This document shows positions 61,686 to 64,000 of a DNA stretch of 64,000 nt, one piece after another. The notes beneath the pieces are model-generated. The model made no database searches. It had not been told where the DNA came from and saw nothing but the letters and a program-made list of their open reading frames with translations. The stretch comes from Heterodontus francisci (Eukaryota): the NCBI RefSeq assembly GCF_036365525.1, contig NC_090384.1, positions 55,797,895 through 55,861,894 on the forward strand, written 5' to 3'. Position 1 is the stretch's first letter. Each line of letters opens with the position of its first letter. The position numbers and the translations under genes are program-made.

Positions 61686-64000
61686 TGCATACTAATCAAT
61701 AAACAATTGACATTCTGTTTTGAAAAACCTACAAGAAAACCTGTCGCTGTCTGTTTATTTGAAAAATAAAACACAAAAGGGCTAAACTCTTAATACAAAT
61801 ACATTTGCTGCGGTCAGGTGGGGAGTTGAACAGTGGGAACTACCTATGTCACACCACGTGGCTGTAACAAATTGGGGGCTCAACTGGGATCTGAACCGCC
61901 AGACAAATGAGAGATTTGGAAAACGGGAGGGAAATTGACCTCTAAAATTGTAGAAAAATAAACAAACAGGTTTTCTTGTATTCTTGGTGCTAGAAACAAA
62001 AGAGATGGCCACATTTAATGCTAAGGAGTTTGTATAGCAGGGAAAGATATCCAATAATAAGTTAAACAAATTAAATGTTGAAGATTTAAAAAGATTAGCT
62101 ACAGAGGTGGGAGTAACTTTCAGACAAAAAGCGAAGAAACCTGAACTGGAGAAAAGTCTAGCCAACTATTTTGAACTTATCCCTGAACTAGAAGAAGAAA
62201 GCCTGGAATCCGAGCCTGAAAAAATAACTTCAGCCAAAATCCAGTTAGGATGAAAAAGGAAGAAAGGGAAATGCAGTTAAAAAGGGAGAGCTGCAATTTC
62301 AAAAGGAAAGGAAGAAAGGGAGTTTCAATCTCAAAAGGAAAAAAAGGGAAGAGAGTTTCAGAAGGAAAAGAAGAAAGGGTGATGCAAAGAGAGGAAGCAG
62401 CAAGAAGGTTTGAGTTACAGAAACTGAAAATCCAAAATGAAAACGCTGCTAGCCTTTCAAAACACAATCCCCAATTCAGAGAAAAGCTTTGATATGCTGA
62501 GACACTCAAGACTAGTGCCAAAATTTAATGAGGAGGAGGTTGAGTCATATTTTATCTCATCTGAGAAAATAGCTACCAGGCTAAAATGGGCAAAATAATT
62601 CTGGACTCTCAGGGACAAGCCTTTCATGATAATCTCCAGAGGTTCGGAAAGGGAAGAAAGTGGGAAAGTAATAAAAGAAGGAGTGTTGGCGACCGAGAAA
62701 CAAAAGGTGAGCACACAAGAGAAAATGAAGAGGGCAGGAATGTATACCACAGGCCTGTGTGTTCCCATTGCAGCAAAACAGGGCATTTCAAAGCTGACTG
62801 CTGGAATTTAAAATGGAAGCACATTAATCTTGTATGGGTGCACAAGATTAACAAAGAAAAGGATGCCTCGGCAGATCCAACTGTGGCCCTCGCCATAGGA
62901 AAGAACTCCACAAAAAATACTGCCATAGGTACGGGATAAATAGAGAAAGTTCCTGAAGCCTAGTAGGTTTGTTTTAAAAGGAACGGTGTCTCCATACCCC
63001 TCTAGTGAGGAAAGTAAACCCATTGTCCTGCTTCGAGACACCGGGGCCATTCAATCCCTTATGCTGAGTAAAGGAATGACCTTCTCACCAGACAGCTCAC
63101 TAAAAGTGAAGGTTCTGGGAAAAGGAATTGAAGGAGGATACATGTCTCTACCCATGTCTTGGGTCCACTTGCAGTGCGACCTTGTTTGTGGGTCAGTTAC
63201 TCTAGAAATTGTCTCTAATCTACCCGTGGCTGGCATAGACTTGCTACTCGGCAATGATTTGACTGAGGTAAGGTGTTCGCAGCCCCAGTGATATTAGATC
63301 AGCCAAATGAGGCCAAGGAGACAGAGCAAATACAGGAGGAAGTCTGTGGAATCTTTCCTGCTTTTGCAGTAACAAAGGCCATGGCCAAGCCAGCTGCTCC
63401 AGAGAAAGCTGAACCAGAAAGTTAGCCCAATGACTCAGAGGTCTAGCTGGCTGAAACGTTTTTTGGAGATCTAGGGGAAGTATATGACAGACCCTCCATA
63501 ACTGAAGCCCAAAAAGCAGACCCTGATTTAAAAAAGATAACACAGCCAGCTTACTGCAAGGCAGACATAGAGAAGCTGCCTGAATGTTACTGTTTAAAAA
63601 ATGAAATTTTAATGAGGAAATGGAGGCCCCCATAGCGATCCACAGAGGAGGAGTGGACAGTAGTTCACCGAATTGTGGTTTCCCACCCCCCCACCCCTAA
63701 ATATCGCAGAGAGATTCTACAAATTGCCCATGCAATCCCAATGGCTGGGCATGTGGGTATTCAAGACCCAAGCCCAAAGTAGCAGACACTTTTACTGGCC
63801 ACAACTCCACAAAGATGTAATTAAATTCTGCCAGACCTGCCATACCCACCAGATTATTGGGAAACCCTAATCTGCCATTAAAACTGCACCACTGATCCCC
63901 ATTCCTGCTTTCGAAGAACCTTTCAGTAGAGTTCCAATTGATTGCGTGGGACTCCTATCCAAAACCAAGACAGGCCATCAGTATCTGTTAACTATCATGG

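Larger units (their letters stand above)
59912..64000 (+). mobile_element. Decayed Gypsy LTR retrotransposon, Gmr1-like (5' LTR about 59912-61869, PBS, gag, protease, integrase); runs off the window
   Basis: TGTCAC...TGTAACA then AATTGGGGGCTC (PBS-like); zinc knuckle CSHCSKTGHFKADC; protease LRDTGA...LLLGNDL; integrase FYWPQLHKDVIKFCQTC and EEPFSRVPIDCVG. LTR start approximate. Confidence 0.85.

Overview
Vertebrate genomic DNA, almost certainly from a shark or other cartilaginous fish (HE1/V-SINE, SacSINE-like, CR1, Tx1, Penelope, Harbinger and Gmr1-type Gypsy repeats). One protein-coding gene can be assembled by hand on the minus strand from 8 exons, all joined by canonical GT-AG phase-1 introns: 54592-54670 (signal peptide), 35131-35478 (IgV), 30869-31189 (IgC1), 26681-26788 (transmembrane), then 25351-25674, 23538-23864, 22960-23280 and 16290-16606 (four more C1-type Ig domains). 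The joined ORF is 2145 nt (714 aa plus stop). The V-C1 ectodomain is B7-H6/NCR3LG1-like. The unusual feature is that four tandem Ig domains lie after the single TM helix, so they are predicted to be cytoplasmic, and all four have replaced the F-strand disulfide cysteine (YxC) with isoleucine (YxI). A cluster of ISRE and ETS-IRF motifs surrounds exon 1. The rest of the window is nested, mostly decayed transposable elements, several carrying hammerhead-ribozyme motifs. No database searches were run; family calls rest on recognised motifs.
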